From NCBI GenBank assembly GCA_947084965.1, contig CAMTUG010000002.1, positions 15,434-79,433 on the forward strand: 64,000 nt of DNA, read 5' to 3'. The stretch is from an uncultured Parcubacteria group bacterium. Its GTDB lineage: Bacteria > Patescibacteriota > Patescibacteriia > UBA9934 > CAMTUG01. Made by a program: the position numbers and the translations under genes. Each line of letters opens with the position of its first letter. The first letter of the stretch is position 1. This document shows, piece after piece, positions 19,402 through 28,899 of the stretch. The notes beneath the pieces were generated by a model. The model had not been told where the DNA came from. It saw only the letters and a list, made by a program, of their open reading frames with translations, and did no database searches.

Positions 19402-21853
19402 CGATACGGCGCTCGTGGACACGATCGGTCGTGTCGAGATGCGCCCGATCGTCGACGAGATGCAAGAGGCGTACATGAATTACGCCATGTCCGTGATCGT
19501 TGCCCGTGCCTTGCCAGACGTGCGCGACGGGTTAAAGCCGGTGCATCGTCGTATTTTATATTCCATGTGGCAGTCGGGATTGCGCTCGGGGGCGCGGTTT
19601 AAAAAATGTGCCACGGTCGTTGGGGACGTGCTCGGAAAATATCACCCGCACGGCGACAGCGCGGTGTACGATTCCTTGGTGCGCATGGCTCAAGATTTCT
19701 CCTTGCGCTATCCGTTGGTAAATGGACAAGGGAACTTCGGTTCATTGGACGGTGACGCGGCTGCGGCCTACCGTTACACCGAATCCAAATTGACCGCCAT
19801 TGCCGAAGAGATGCTCCTCGACATCGAAAAGGACACGGTGAACTTCATGCCGAACTTTGACGGGTCGCACAAGGAGCCGCGTGTTTTGCCAGCGAAGTTT
19901 CCAAACTTGCTGTTGAATGGAACGCTCGGGATCGCTGTCGGTATGGCAACGAACATTCCACCGCACAATTTGACTGAACTTTGTGATGGGGTAACACACT
20001 TGCTTGATGAACCAGAATGCACCATTGAAGACCTGATGAAGTTTATTAAAGCCCCGGATTTTCCAACGGGCGGGATCATTTATAACGTTCGCGACATTCA
20101 GCAGGCGTATGCGACAGGAAAAGGATCTGTTGATTGCCGGGCCAAGACGGAGATCGTCGAGGGGAAGAACGGTTGGCAGATCATCGTTCATGAAATTCCG
20201 TATCAGGTGAACAAAGCGACGCTTCTTGAGAAGATCGCGGACTTGGTCAACGACAAAAAGATCGAAGGGATCCGTGATTTGCGCGATGAATCAACGCGCG
20301 AAGGGGTACGCATCGTTGTGGATTTAAAGAAGGACGCTTATCCGCAAAAAGTATTGAATCGCCTGTTCCAAACGACTCCGCTTCAACAGGCATTCCACTT
20401 CAATATGCTCGCCCTGGTTGATGGGATTCAACCACGTGTCTTGAATTTGAAGATGATTTTGGAAGAGTACGTCAAACATCGTCTAGAAGTTGTCCGTCGT
20501 CGCACTCAGTACGACTTGGACCGTGCCAAAGATCGCGCTCACATTTTGGAAGGATTGAAGATCGCCCTTTTGAAGATCGACGAGATCATCAAGACGATTA
20601 AGAAATCGAAGGATAAAGAAGAGGCGCGTGTCAATTTGATGAAAGGGTTCCGTTTGTCGGAAATTCAAGCGTCGGCGATTTTGGAGATGCGCTTGCAGCA
20701 GCTCACTAACCTTGATCGATTGAAGGTGGAACAGGAATACGATGAAAAGATGAAGCTGATCGCTGAGCTGGAAGCGATCCTTAAATCCGAAAAGCGGATG
20801 CGGGGGATCATTAAAACCGAAGTCAGTGAGATCAAAGAGAAGTTCGGCGACGAGCGCCGCACCGAGATCGTTAAAAATGGGATCGGTGAATTCAAGATCG
20901 AAGACGTGATTCCGGATGCCCAGACGATCGTGCTCATCACCCGCGACGGCTACATCAAACGCTTGCCGCCAGACACCTTCCGCACCCAAGAGCGCGGAGG
21001 CAAGGGGGTGGCTGGGCTTACCACCAAAGAAGAAGACATCGTTGAATTTACGTTCTCGACCACAACACACAAGGACCTGATGTTCTTCACTTCGCGTGGC
21101 CGTGTCTTCCAGTTGAAAGCGTATGACGTGCCGGAAGCGTCGCGCACGGCCAAGGGACAAGCCTTGGTGAACTTCTTGCAGCTTGGGCCTGGCGAAAAAG
21201 TTTCGGCGGTGTTGTCGCTGGATGAATTGAAATCAACCAAATATTTGGTGATGGTCACCAACAAGGGGACGATCAAAAAGTGTGCCTTGTCAGACTTTGA
21301 AAACGTGCGTCGCTCGGGGCTCATCGCCATTAAATTGAAGGACGGTGATAACTTGGAGTGGGTGAAGCCATCTACGGGCACAGACGACATGATTCTCGTG
21401 ACCAGCAACGGCCAGTCTGTTCGCTTTAGTGAAGCAGCTGTACGCCCGATGGGTCGCGTCGCGGCTGGTGTGCGCGGGATCAAGATGAAAGGCCAAGACG
21501 AAGTCGTTGGCATGGACGTGTTGCCGGGCAAAACAAAGGAAGGGGAATATCAGTTGTTGGTGGTGATGCAGAACGGGTTTGGGAAGCGCACCGACGTGAC
21601 CGAATATAAAACCCAAGGCCGCGGCGGATCTGGAATCAAAACAGCGCAGGTGACCAACAAGACCGGGAAGGTCGTCAGTGCCTTTGTGACCCGCGGGAAC
21701 GACGCACGTGATCTCTTTGTCGTTTCCCAAGGCGGCCAGGTGATTCGCACCTCGCTCGCCTCGATCAGCGAAGTCGGCCGCGCCACTCAAGGGGTCCGCG
21801 TGATGCGCTTCAAGGAAGAAGGGGACATCGTCGCTTCGGTGGCGATTATCTAG
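19358..21853 (+). CDS. gyrA: DNA gyrase subunit A (start uncertain)
   Basis: [31 protein letters not shown], GyrA-box QERGGKG, C-terminal pinwheel repeats. Confidence 0.98.
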   Translation: MQKKRKIQQPKLQTSDTALVDTIGRVEMRPIVDEMQEAYMNYAMSVIVARALPDVRDGLKPVHRRILYSMWQSGLRSGARFKKCATVVGDVLGKYHPHGDSAVYDSLVRMAQDFSLRYPLVNGQGNFGSLDGDAAAAYRYTESKLTAIAEEMLLDIEKDTVNFMPNFDGSHKEPRVLPAKFPNLLLNGTLGIAVGMATNIPPHNLTELCDGVTHLLDEPECTIEDLMKFIKAPDFPTGGIIYNVRDIQQAYATGKGSVDCRAKTEIVEGKNGWQIIVHEIPYQVNKATLLEKIADLVNDKKIEGIRDLRDESTREGVRIVVDLKKDAYPQKVLNRLFQTTPLQQAFHFNMLALVDGIQPRVLNLKMILEEYVKHRLEVVRRRTQYDLDRAKDRAHILEGLKIALLKIDEIIKTIKKSKDKEEARVNLMKGFRLSEIQASAILEMRLQQLTNLDRLKVEQEYDEKMKLIAELEAILKSEKRMRGIIKTEVSEIKEKFGDERRTEIVKNGIGEFKIEDVIPDAQTIVLITRDGYIKRLPPDTFRTQERGGKGVAGLTTKEEDIVEFTFSTTTHKDLMFFTSRGRVFQLKAYDVPEASRTAKGQALVNFLQLGPGEKVSAVLSLDELKSTKYLVMVTNKGTIKKCALSDFENVRRSGLIAIKLKDGDNLEWVKPSTGTDDMILVTSNGQSVRFSEAAVRPMGRVAAGVRGIKMKGQDEVVGMDVLPGKTKEGEYQLLVVMQNGFGKRTDVTEYKTQGRGGSGIKTAQVTNKTGKVVSAFVTRGNDARDLFVVSQGGQVIRTSLASISEVGRATQGVRVMRFKEEGDIVASVAII

Positions 21854-21858
21854 GCCGC

Positions 21859-21887
21859 TTGACCAAAAACGCCTTATCGGCTACACT
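21859..21887 (+). promoter_or_regulatory. sigma70-type promoter upstream of rpmF
   Basis: TTGACC-17 bp-TACACT. Confidence 0.6.
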
Positions 21888-21912
21888 TTCCCCGTTCTTG
21901 AACATCATTATT

Positions 21913-22045
21913 GGACTTTGAAAAACTGATGGGTTTTCGTTGAACGGGTGTCCAGCCCACGAGGCGTACTGAAAACGTACGACGACTGGGTGGACGGGAC
22001 CCGTGAAACGAAAAGACGCAGTTTTGCAAAGGACACAAAAAGTCC
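21913..22045 (+). ncRNA. Long structured leader/ncRNA candidate before rpmF
   Basis: Nested pairings GGACTTT/AAAGTCC, AAAACTG/CAGTTTT, TTTTCGTT/AACGAAAA, ACGGGT/ACCCGT, GTCCA/TGGAC, CGTAC/GTACG. Confidence 0.55.
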
Positions 22046-22046
22046 T

Positions 22047-22274
22047 ATGGGTTTGCCAATGAATCGCCACAGCAAGCATCGCACGCGTACGCGTCGAGCC
22101 CATCACGCCTTAACCGTGGTCCAGGTCACCACCTGCACCAAGTGTAAGACGGAAGTGCTCCCGCACCGTGTTTGCAAAGTCTGTGGCACCTACAACGGTC
22201 GTCAGGTTTTGAATGTCGATAAAGCGGTTGGGAAGAAACTGAAGAAGTCGGCTCCTGCCAAAAAGGAAGCGTAA
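22047..22274 (+). CDS. rpmF: 50S ribosomal protein L32
   Basis: MGLP...RRAHHAL, CTKC...[11 protein letters not shown]. Confidence 0.95.
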   Translation: MGLPMNRHSKHRTRTRRAHHALTVVQVTTCTKCKTEVLPHRVCKVCGTYNGRQVLNVDKAVGKKLKKSAPAKKEA

Positions 22275-22308
22275 TCGCTTCTTTTTTGCTACAATTCACT
22301 CGTTCTTT

Positions 22309-22776
22309 ATGTCCAATCGGCACCTTTCGCGCACGATCAGCATGCAGTCGCTCTATGAGTGGGATTTTTTGGGTCAACCAGAAGGTCGGCTTCCAGAGAT
22401 CATTGCGTACAATAAAACAGAGTTTGCCCCGGATTTTAATGACGCGGGGTATATTGAAGAGACGGTCATGGCCGTGGCCAAAGAGCAGGATGCGCTGGAT
22501 GCGGTTATCACCCAGTTCGCCCCGGACTGGCCGATTGAAAACATGACGGTCATTGATCGCAACATCTTGCGCTTGGGGACGTACGAACTCAAATTCAATC
22601 AAGCGATTCCGTCGAAGGTGGCGATTAATGAAGCGATTGAACTCGCCAAAACGTTCGGGGGCGATGCTTCGGGGAAGTTTGTGAACGGGGTGCTTGGGGC
22701 GATCTTCAAAGACATGGTAGCCAAGGGGGAAGGAAAAGGAGTCGATCAGGAAAAACAGGAGGAAAGCGGTAAGTAG
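22309..22776 (+). CDS. nusB: Transcription antitermination factor NusB
   Basis: [40 protein letters not shown]. Confidence 0.96.
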   Translation: MSNRHLSRTISMQSLYEWDFLGQPEGRLPEIIAYNKTEFAPDFNDAGYIEETVMAVAKEQDALDAVITQFAPDWPIENMTVIDRNILRLGTYELKFNQAIPSKVAINEAIELAKTFGGDASGKFVNGVLGAIFKDMVAKGEGKGVDQEKQEESGK

Positions 22777-22797
22777 TAAGTAGAAAGCGGAGATGCT

Positions 22798-23511
22798 ATG
22801 GATCAAATGACTAATCCGATGGAGCGTGATTTTTCCGGGCTCGAGAAATCGATCGGCGTTGTTTTTAAAAATAAGGAGTTGTTGCGCCAAGCGTTGGTGC
22901 ATCGTTCCTATTTGAACGAACATCCAGATTTTCCGATCGGCCACAACGAACGACTGGAGTTTTTGGGCGATGCTGTGCTGGAACTTGTGGTGACGGAGTA
23001 TCTCTACAACACGTATGACAATCCAGAAGGTGAATTGACCAACTGGCGCGCTTCACTGGTGAATGCGGACATGTTGAGCAATATCTGCAAAGCGACGGGT
23101 GCCGAAGATTACCTGTACTTGTCGCGTGGGGAGATGAAGGACGCAGAGTCTAAAGCGCGTCGTTATATTTTGGCCAATGCCTTTGAGGCGATTATTGGGG
23201 CGATCTATCTCGATCAAGGATGGGAGCCGTCGAAAGTGTTTATTACGAACACGGTGCTCGACAAACTCGAATATATTATCGAGCACAAACTGTACATTGA
23301 TCCGAAGAGTCGCTTCCAGGAAGCGGCGCAGTCGCAACTGGGAATCACTCCAAATTATAAAGTCGTGGCTGAAGAAGGTCCGGATCACAACAAGACGTTC
23401 GTCGTTGCGGTCATGGTTGGGAAGGATGAAATCGCGCGCGGGACAGGGACATCAAAACAGGAGGCGCAAATTAGCGCCGCTGAAAAAGCTCTTCAAGTGA
23501 AGGGTTGGTAA
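22798..23511 (+). CDS. rnc: Ribonuclease III
   Basis: HNERLEFLGDAVL, FEAIIGAIYLD, dsRBD with GPDH. Confidence 0.97.
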   Translation: MDQMTNPMERDFSGLEKSIGVVFKNKELLRQALVHRSYLNEHPDFPIGHNERLEFLGDAVLELVVTEYLYNTYDNPEGELTNWRASLVNADMLSNICKATGAEDYLYLSRGEMKDAESKARRYILANAFEAIIGAIYLDQGWEPSKVFITNTVLDKLEYIIEHKLYIDPKSRFQEAAQSQLGITPNYKVVAEEGPDHNKTFVVAVMVGKDEIARGTGTSKQEAQISAAEKALQVKGW

Positions 23512-23519
23512 TTCTTCGT

Positions 23520-24170
23520 ATGCAAAAGTTTATGGTCGGGGAGGCACTGCGATTCGGCTGGACAGCATTCAAAAAGAACATGGGGTTTTGGATCGGAATC
23601 GTCGTGGTGTATGCGGTGATCGTAGGGATCCCGGCGGGGATTGCCGGGACGATGGATCGTGGTTCCTTGGGGGAGTCCATTTTTAACCTGGTGACGAACG
23701 CACTCGAGGTCTGGCTCGGGATGGGTCTGATGGTGATGAGTTTGAAGGTTGCGGACGGAAAGATGCCGCTTTTCAATGAACTTTTTGCCGGATCAAAACA
23801 TTGGGTGAGCTACGTCGTCTGTACGATCTTGTTGGGGCTCATGACCTTTGCAGGGTTTATTCTTCTGATCGTGCCGGGGATTATCGTGCTTCTTATGTTC
23901 GGTATCGCTCCCTACTTCGTCCTTGATAAGGGGGTAAGCGGTATTGATGCGTTGAAGATGGCGAGGGTGGCGACCAAGGGCCAGCTCGGTACACTCTTTC
24001 TGTATGCGCTTGCCGCGATCGGTCTCCTGATCCTTGGGGCAATCCCGCTCTTGATCGGTTTGCTGTTCGTTGTGCCGACCTTGACCCTCGCCTCTGCCTA
24101 CATGTATCGCAAGTTGTCTGTTGGAGTGACGAAGCCGGTCATGCCGACGGTCGCGACCAAAGCGGTCTAG
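23520..24170 (+). CDS. Membrane protein (DUF975-like)
   Basis: Multiple TMs, GFILLIVPGI motif. Confidence 0.7.
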   Translation: MQKFMVGEALRFGWTAFKKNMGFWIGIVVVYAVIVGIPAGIAGTMDRGSLGESIFNLVTNALEVWLGMGLMVMSLKVADGKMPLFNELFAGSKHWVSYVVCTILLGLMTFAGFILLIVPGIIVLLMFGIAPYFVLDKGVSGIDALKMARVATKGQLGTLFLYALAAIGLLILGAIPLLIGLLFVVPTLTLASAYMYRKLSVGVTKPVMPTVATKAV

Positions 24171-24220
24171 AGTTCCAGCAACCCAAAAGAAAAACCGCCA
24201 GCTTCGACTGGTGGTTTTTC

Positions 24221-24296
24221 TGGTGCATCGGGTGGGGATCGAACCCACGACCTTGGGCTTAAGAGGCCCCTGCTCTACCGACTGAGCTACCGATGC
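24221..24296 (-). tRNA. tRNA-Lys(CTT)
   Basis: Reverse strand GCATCGGTAGCTCAGTCGGTAGAGC...CTCTTAA...GGTTCGATCCC...CCGATGCACCA. Confidence 0.96.
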
Positions 24297-24391
24297 ATGA
24301 TATGGTTCACTGAAATTTTAGGGATTCATTACGGCGAAAGTATACGAGAACAATTGACGATCGTCAATATTTGCCGTATTCTCCGGCTCAC

Positions 24392-24468
24392 GCGAGCGTA
24401 GCTCATTTGGATAGAGCGCCTGGCTTCGAACCAGGAGGTAGGGGGTTCAAATCCCTCCGCTCGCACCA
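24392..24468 (+). tRNA. tRNA-Arg(TCG)
   Basis: GCGAGCG/CGCTCGC acceptor, CCTGG-CTTCGAA-CCAGG, GGTTCAAATCC, CCA. Confidence 0.96.
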
Positions 24469-24522
24469 AAAAGATCCGTCCTCATGGACGGATCTTTTTG
24501 TTCGTGAGAAAATAGTCTCACT

Positions 24523-24717
24523 ATGACAGCACTTCTGATTTTCGGTTTGGCCCTCATTTTTCTTCCGATCATCGGGTTTTTAACGGCGGGATCGATCATG
24601 TTGTACGCTTGTTTGAAAGATGACGGTGGCGATAAGATTTTTCCAGGGATCACCGCGTCCATTGTGTCGGGAATCGTAGTCGTGATTATTTGGGGGGTCT
24701 TGGAGTACGTCGTTTAG
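24523..24717 (+). CDS. Small two-TM membrane protein
   Basis: 64-aa hydrophobic ORF. Confidence 0.5.
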   Translation: MTALLIFGLALIFLPIIGFLTAGSIMLYACLKDDGGDKIFPGITASIVSGIVVVIIWGVLEYVV

Positions 24718-25505
24718 ACTTCAGCAAATGTCGTGACATACATGAAGGCGATGCTCAGGAAGAAGACGACCCCTTGCTCGATACGCACCTGCGCCGACCC
24801 CTCTTCTTTTAGGTCCGGTAAGAGATTGGTGAGCGCGATATAGAGAAAGGAGCCAGCGGCGAACGGAATGGTGTAGGTCGTCAGGTTTTCTGCATACGGT
24901 TGAGCGAGGAAGACCCCAGTGATCCCGATTAGAATGGTCAGCGCAGCGAAGAAATTCCATCGCAGCGCTCGTTTTTTTTCAAAACCGGCACGCAGCAAGA
25001 CACCAAAGTCGCCGACTTCTTGTGGAATTTCATGAAGGAGGGCGGCCAGCGTGGTAAAGAGGCCGAGCGTCGGGCTTACCAGAAAGGCGGAAGCGATAAC
25101 GACCCCATCGGTCACGTTATGGACCATGTCGCCGACGAGGGAAAGAACCCCGACTGGCTTCACGGGGCACGGGCGGCTGCGTTCTGTCTTGGCATGTTCG
25201 TGTCCTTCGTGCAGATGATGACGATGGGGGCCGTGGCAGTGGTACAGCCAGACCGCAGAGTCCAGGATAAAGAAAAATCCGAGACCGACAGCGGCCAGGA
25301 CGAACGTTGGCCCTTCGGCTTCAACGGATTCTGGGAGCAGATGAAAGAGTGCCGTGCCGACGAGAGTTCCGGCGGCGAGCGGAATGACGAAGGTCAAAAA
25401 CCGATCGAGCGTCTTTTCTTTAAAGAGTACGACGCAGACGAATCCGATCAAGGCCATCAAACTGACGGCCAGACCGGCGAGAAGGGCGAGGAGAAATGGG
25501 GGCAT
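24714..25505 (-). CDS. ZIP family divalent metal (zinc) transporter
   Basis: AAGTL...FHLLPES, His-rich loop, HNVTDG, HEIPQEVGD. Confidence 0.93.
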   Translation of the reverse strand: MPPFLLALLAGLAVSLMALIGFVCVVLFKEKTLDRFLTFVIPLAAGTLVGTALFHLLPESVEAEGPTFVLAAVGLGFFFILDSAVWLYHCHGPHRHHLHEGHEHAKTERSRPCPVKPVGVLSLVGDMVHNVTDGVVIASAFLVSPTLGLFTTLAALLHEIPQEVGDFGVLLRAGFEKKRALRWNFFAALTILIGITGVFLAQPYAENLTTYTIPFAAGSFLYIALTNLLPDLKEEGSAQVRIEQGVVFFLSIAFMYVTTFAEV

Positions 25506-25507
25506 AG

Positions 25508-25906
25508 TTATGTGCAGTAATTACAGAAGCCTCGGAAGATTGTGTTGTGGCTCGTGACTCTCATCTTCGTAAGTTTGGGTTTTGGTTCAGGACAGGGGAC
25601 GCAGAGGAGGGAGTCACACTTTTGACAGCGCAGATGATCGTGATGGTCGTCTGTGGGGCGTTCATAGAACGCCTCACCGTTGTCGATGGTGGCAACTTCA
25701 AGGAATCCTTTTTCTTTCAGGTGTTGGAGATTTCGGTGCGCTGTGGAAAGATCGCCCCAGGTTGCTCCGAGTGTTCTCCAGAGTTGTTTGGCGCTCCAAG
25801 CACGTTTTGGGGTCAGGAGTTTTTCCACGAGGGCATGTTTTTGATCCGTCCTCCGCTCAGAGAGTTCGATGAAGAGCTCTTCGATGTCACAATAGTGTTC
25901 ATCCAT
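25508..25906 (-). CDS. Fur-family (Zur-like) transcriptional regulator
   Basis: STAHRNL, HHDHLRCQKC, C-terminal GFCNYC. Confidence 0.88.
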   Translation of the reverse strand: MDEHYCDIEELFIELSERRTDQKHALVEKLLTPKRAWSAKQLWRTLGATWGDLSTAHRNLQHLKEKGFLEVATIDNGEAFYERPTDDHHDHLRCQKCDSLLCVPCPEPKPKLTKMRVTSHNTIFRGFCNYCT

Positions 25907-25932
25907 AGTGTTCAAAATAATACCTTTGATTA

Positions 25933-25956
25933 TTATTGCAAATGTATTTGCAATAA
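25933..25956. promoter_or_regulatory. Palindromic operator 1 (putative Zur/Fur box)
   Basis: TTATTGCAAA-TGTA-TTTGCAATAA. Confidence 0.8.
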
Positions 25957-26029
25957 GCAAGAGCAGATTGTTGCCTTGTCCACAGGCCCGTCATAATTGG
26001 TTAATAAAGCGTCGCTTTTTGCTATAAAG

Positions 26030-26053
26030 TTACTGCAAATACATTTGCAATAA
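26030..26053. promoter_or_regulatory. Palindromic operator 2 (putative Zur/Fur box)
   Basis: TTACTGCAAA-TACA-TTTGCAATAA. Confidence 0.78.
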
Positions 26054-26107
26054 GAAAACACGCTATTTTTTTCTAGACACACCCAACTCTGCTACAATAC
26101 CTCACAT

Positions 26108-27187
26108 ATGAAGCACGCCACGATCCTTACGGCCGCGATTCTTTCCTTGTTTACATGGACCCTCCCCGTTTATGCCCATGGTACGGGTCATACAGAGCCG
26201 ATCACAGAAGTAGCTCGCGGCGAAGTAGTCGGAGTGATTGAGGAGGATCTTGAGCTACTTCCGCCGTATCAGGTGGTCGATGTACGTGTCCTTGATGGGA
26301 CATTTATCGACGAGGTCATTCGCGTCGATTCGCGTGAGATGGGAGGGGAGCCTCGGGTAGTCGTTGAAGCAGGTGATCGCGTCGTTTTACAAGTGACGGA
26401 GAACGTCCTCGGGGAGGTGCTGGCGTTTATTGTCGACGCTGATCGTCGATCGGCTTTGTATTGGATGCTCGGGGCCCTGATCATCGGATCATTGCTCGTC
26501 GGCGGTAAGCGCGGACTCGGATGGATCGTGGGTCTCGCGTTCACGATCTGGATTCTGTTTGGCATCATTCTTCCAAACCTTACCGAAGGAGGGGCCCTTA
26601 CCGGCGCAATCCTCGGGACGCTGCTCATCGTCCTCGTCTCTGTGTTTCTTTCGCACGGCTTCAATCGCACCTCCCAAAATTCCGCGCTCGCCATCCTTGG
26701 CGGGGCTGTGGCGGTCGCGGTTCTCTCCAGGGTGTTTGTTTCTATCAGCCATCTCACCGGGATCGGTTCTGAAGAATCCGGGTTTTTATTGATGGAGACG
26801 CCAGGCGCCAATCTCTCCACCCTTCTTCTTGTCGGTATCGTCATCGGCGCCCTTGGCGCCCTTGATGACGTCGCCGTTACTCAGTGCGAAACGGTCGAGC
26901 AGTTGCGTGAGGCTAATCCGCACCTTTCGCCCCGCGAGTTGTATACTCGCGCGATGCGCGTCGGGCACCATCATTTGGGGTCGATCATTAATACGCTCGT
27001 GCTGGCCTACGTTGGCGCGTCGCTCCCGATGTTCGTCCTTCTTTATACCCTGCAGGCAGACCCGATGACGGTCATCGCTTCGGAGCAGGTGATGGAAGAG
27101 ATCGTCCGCACCGTCGTCGGCACCCTTGGCCTGCTGCTGACCGTCCCGATCGCCACCGCCGTTGCCAGTTTCCGTCCCAAGCGCTAG
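26108..27187 (+). CDS. YibE/F family membrane protein
   Basis: GALGALDDVAVTQ, GSIINTLVLAYVGASLP, EEIVRT..GTLGL..TVP. Confidence 0.9.
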   Translation: MKHATILTAAILSLFTWTLPVYAHGTGHTEPITEVARGEVVGVIEEDLELLPPYQVVDVRVLDGTFIDEVIRVDSREMGGEPRVVVEAGDRVVLQVTENVLGEVLAFIVDADRRSALYWMLGALIIGSLLVGGKRGLGWIVGLAFTIWILFGIILPNLTEGGALTGAILGTLLIVLVSVFLSHGFNRTSQNSALAILGGAVAVAVLSRVFVSISHLTGIGSEESGFLLMETPGANLSTLLLVGIVIGALGALDDVAVTQCETVEQLREANPHLSPRELYTRAMRVGHHHLGSIINTLVLAYVGASLPMFVLLYTLQADPMTVIASEQVMEEIVRTVVGTLGLLLTVPIATAVASFRPKR

Positions 27188-27198
27188 GATGTGGCGGT

Positions 27199-28479
27199 AT
27201 GAAGTATTCAAACCTTTTCGGAAAGACGAACAAGAACGCTCCGCATGATGCTGACTCGGCAAACGCTCGGTTGTTGGTTCAAGGTGGATTTGTGAATCAG
27301 CTCGCGGCGGGGATCTACACCTACATGCCGCTTGGCTTGCGCGTCATCGCCAAGATTAAAAATATCGTGCGCGAAGAGATGAACGCTCTCGGAAGCAACG
27401 AGATTTTGATGCCAGCGCTCATTCCAAAAGATCCGTGGATCACGACCAAGCGCTGGGACGCGATCGACGTGCTGTTCAAACTCGAAGGGGCAGGCGGGAA
27501 GGAATTCGCCCTCGGCCCAACACACGAAGAGGTCGTCACTCCGCTCGTTCAGCAGTACACCCATTCGTATAAAGATCTGCCCGCTTCGGTCTATCAGATT
27601 CAAGATAAGTTTCGTAATGAACCGCGCGCCAAGTCCGGTTTGCTTCGTGGTCGCGAGTTTGCCATGAAGGATATGTACAGCTTCCATCGCAGTGAAGCAG
27701 ACTTGGAGGCGTATTACGAACGGGCACAGGGAGCCTATGCCAACGTCTTCTCCCGTGTCGGGCTTGATGCGATCATCACTGAAGCATCCGGCGGTGTTTT
27801 CTCAAAGTATTCTCATGAGTATCAGGTCGCCACGGAGTTTGGCGAAGACTTGATTTACCTCTGTGGTGCCTGCCGCTTCTCACAGAACCGTGAAATCGCC
27901 ACTGTTAAAGATGGCGATGCCTGTCCGAAGTGCGGGGACGGCAAGATCAAGGAAGTAAAAGCGATCGAAGTTGGTAACATCTTCAAACTCTCTACGCGCT
28001 TTGCCGATGATTTCGGTTTCAACTTCACGGACGAAACGGGAAAATCTCAGCAAGTTTGGATGGGATGCTACGGGATCGGTATTTCGCGCTTGGCCGGATC
28101 AATTGTTGAGGTCCATCATGATGAAAAAGGGATCATCTGGCCAAAGTCTGTCGCTCCGTTCCAGGTGCACCTGGTGAGCCTGGGTTCAAAAGACGAAACG
28201 GTCCGTGCCCGTGTCCTCGACGTTGTCGAATCTCTTCACGCTGATCTTGAGAAAGCTGGTGTTGAAGTCCTCTGGGACGATCGCGATGCTTCTCCTGGTG
28301 AAAAGTTTGCGGATGCGGACTTGATCGGTATTCCTCTGCGTATCGTCATTTCAGAAAAGTCCCTTAAAGAGGATTCGGTCGAGTGGAAAGAACGCCACTC
28401 GTCAGAATCAATGTTAGTGAACGTCGCTGCTGCCAAAGAAAAGATCGAGAGCTTTGTCCGCGAGGATGCAGCGAACTAG
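27199..28479 (+). CDS. proS: Prolyl-tRNA synthetase (short form)
   Basis: GPTHEE, KFRNEPR, REFAMKDMYSF, EVGNIFKL, MGCYGIG. Confidence 0.96.
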   Translation: MKYSNLFGKTNKNAPHDADSANARLLVQGGFVNQLAAGIYTYMPLGLRVIAKIKNIVREEMNALGSNEILMPALIPKDPWITTKRWDAIDVLFKLEGAGGKEFALGPTHEEVVTPLVQQYTHSYKDLPASVYQIQDKFRNEPRAKSGLLRGREFAMKDMYSFHRSEADLEAYYERAQGAYANVFSRVGLDAIITEASGGVFSKYSHEYQVATEFGEDLIYLCGACRFSQNREIATVKDGDACPKCGDGKIKEVKAIEVGNIFKLSTRFADDFGFNFTDETGKSQQVWMGCYGIGISRLAGSIVEVHHDEKGIIWPKSVAPFQVHLVSLGSKDETVRARVLDVVESLHADLEKAGVEVLWDDRDASPGEKFADADLIGIPLRIVISEKSLKEDSVEWKERHSSESMLVNVAAAKEKIESFVREDAAN

Positions 28480-28530
28480 CAGATACCACAAAACGCTCCG
28501 GAATAAGTCCGGAGCGTTTTGGTTTTGGAT

Positions 28531-28866
28531 CTAGGCTGATGGGGTGGAATCGGTGGATGGCGCTGGTTCATTCATTGCCACTTTGCGCTTGCCTTTCAAG
28601 GCGTCCTTGAGCGCTTTGCCGGCTTTGAATTTTGGCACCACGACCGATGGAATGCTGATCGTTTCGGTCGGGTTCTGCGGGTTGACCCCTTTGCGGCCAG
28701 CGCGCGTACGAGCCGAGAAGGTGCCGAAGCCAGCGATCGTCACTTCGCCCCCGCGGACGAGTTCAGCGGTGATGATATCTTCAACAAGTTCGACGATCTG
28801 GTCCCCGGTCTTTTTCGGTAAGTTCAGCTTTTCCGCAACCCGAGTGGCAAGTTCTGCCTTGTTCAT
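28531..28866 (-). CDS. hup: HU family DNA-binding protein
   Basis: MNKAEL, GFGTF, GVNPQ, PKFKAGKALKD. Confidence 0.95.
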   Translation of the reverse strand: MNKAELATRVAEKLNLPKKTGDQIVELVEDIITAELVRGGEVTIAGFGTFSARTRAGRKGVNPQNPTETISIPSVVVPKFKAGKALKDALKGKRKVAMNEPAPSTDSTPSA

Positions 28867-28899
28867 ACGTGTGGATTAATTGCTCTCAGTTTAGCAGAT

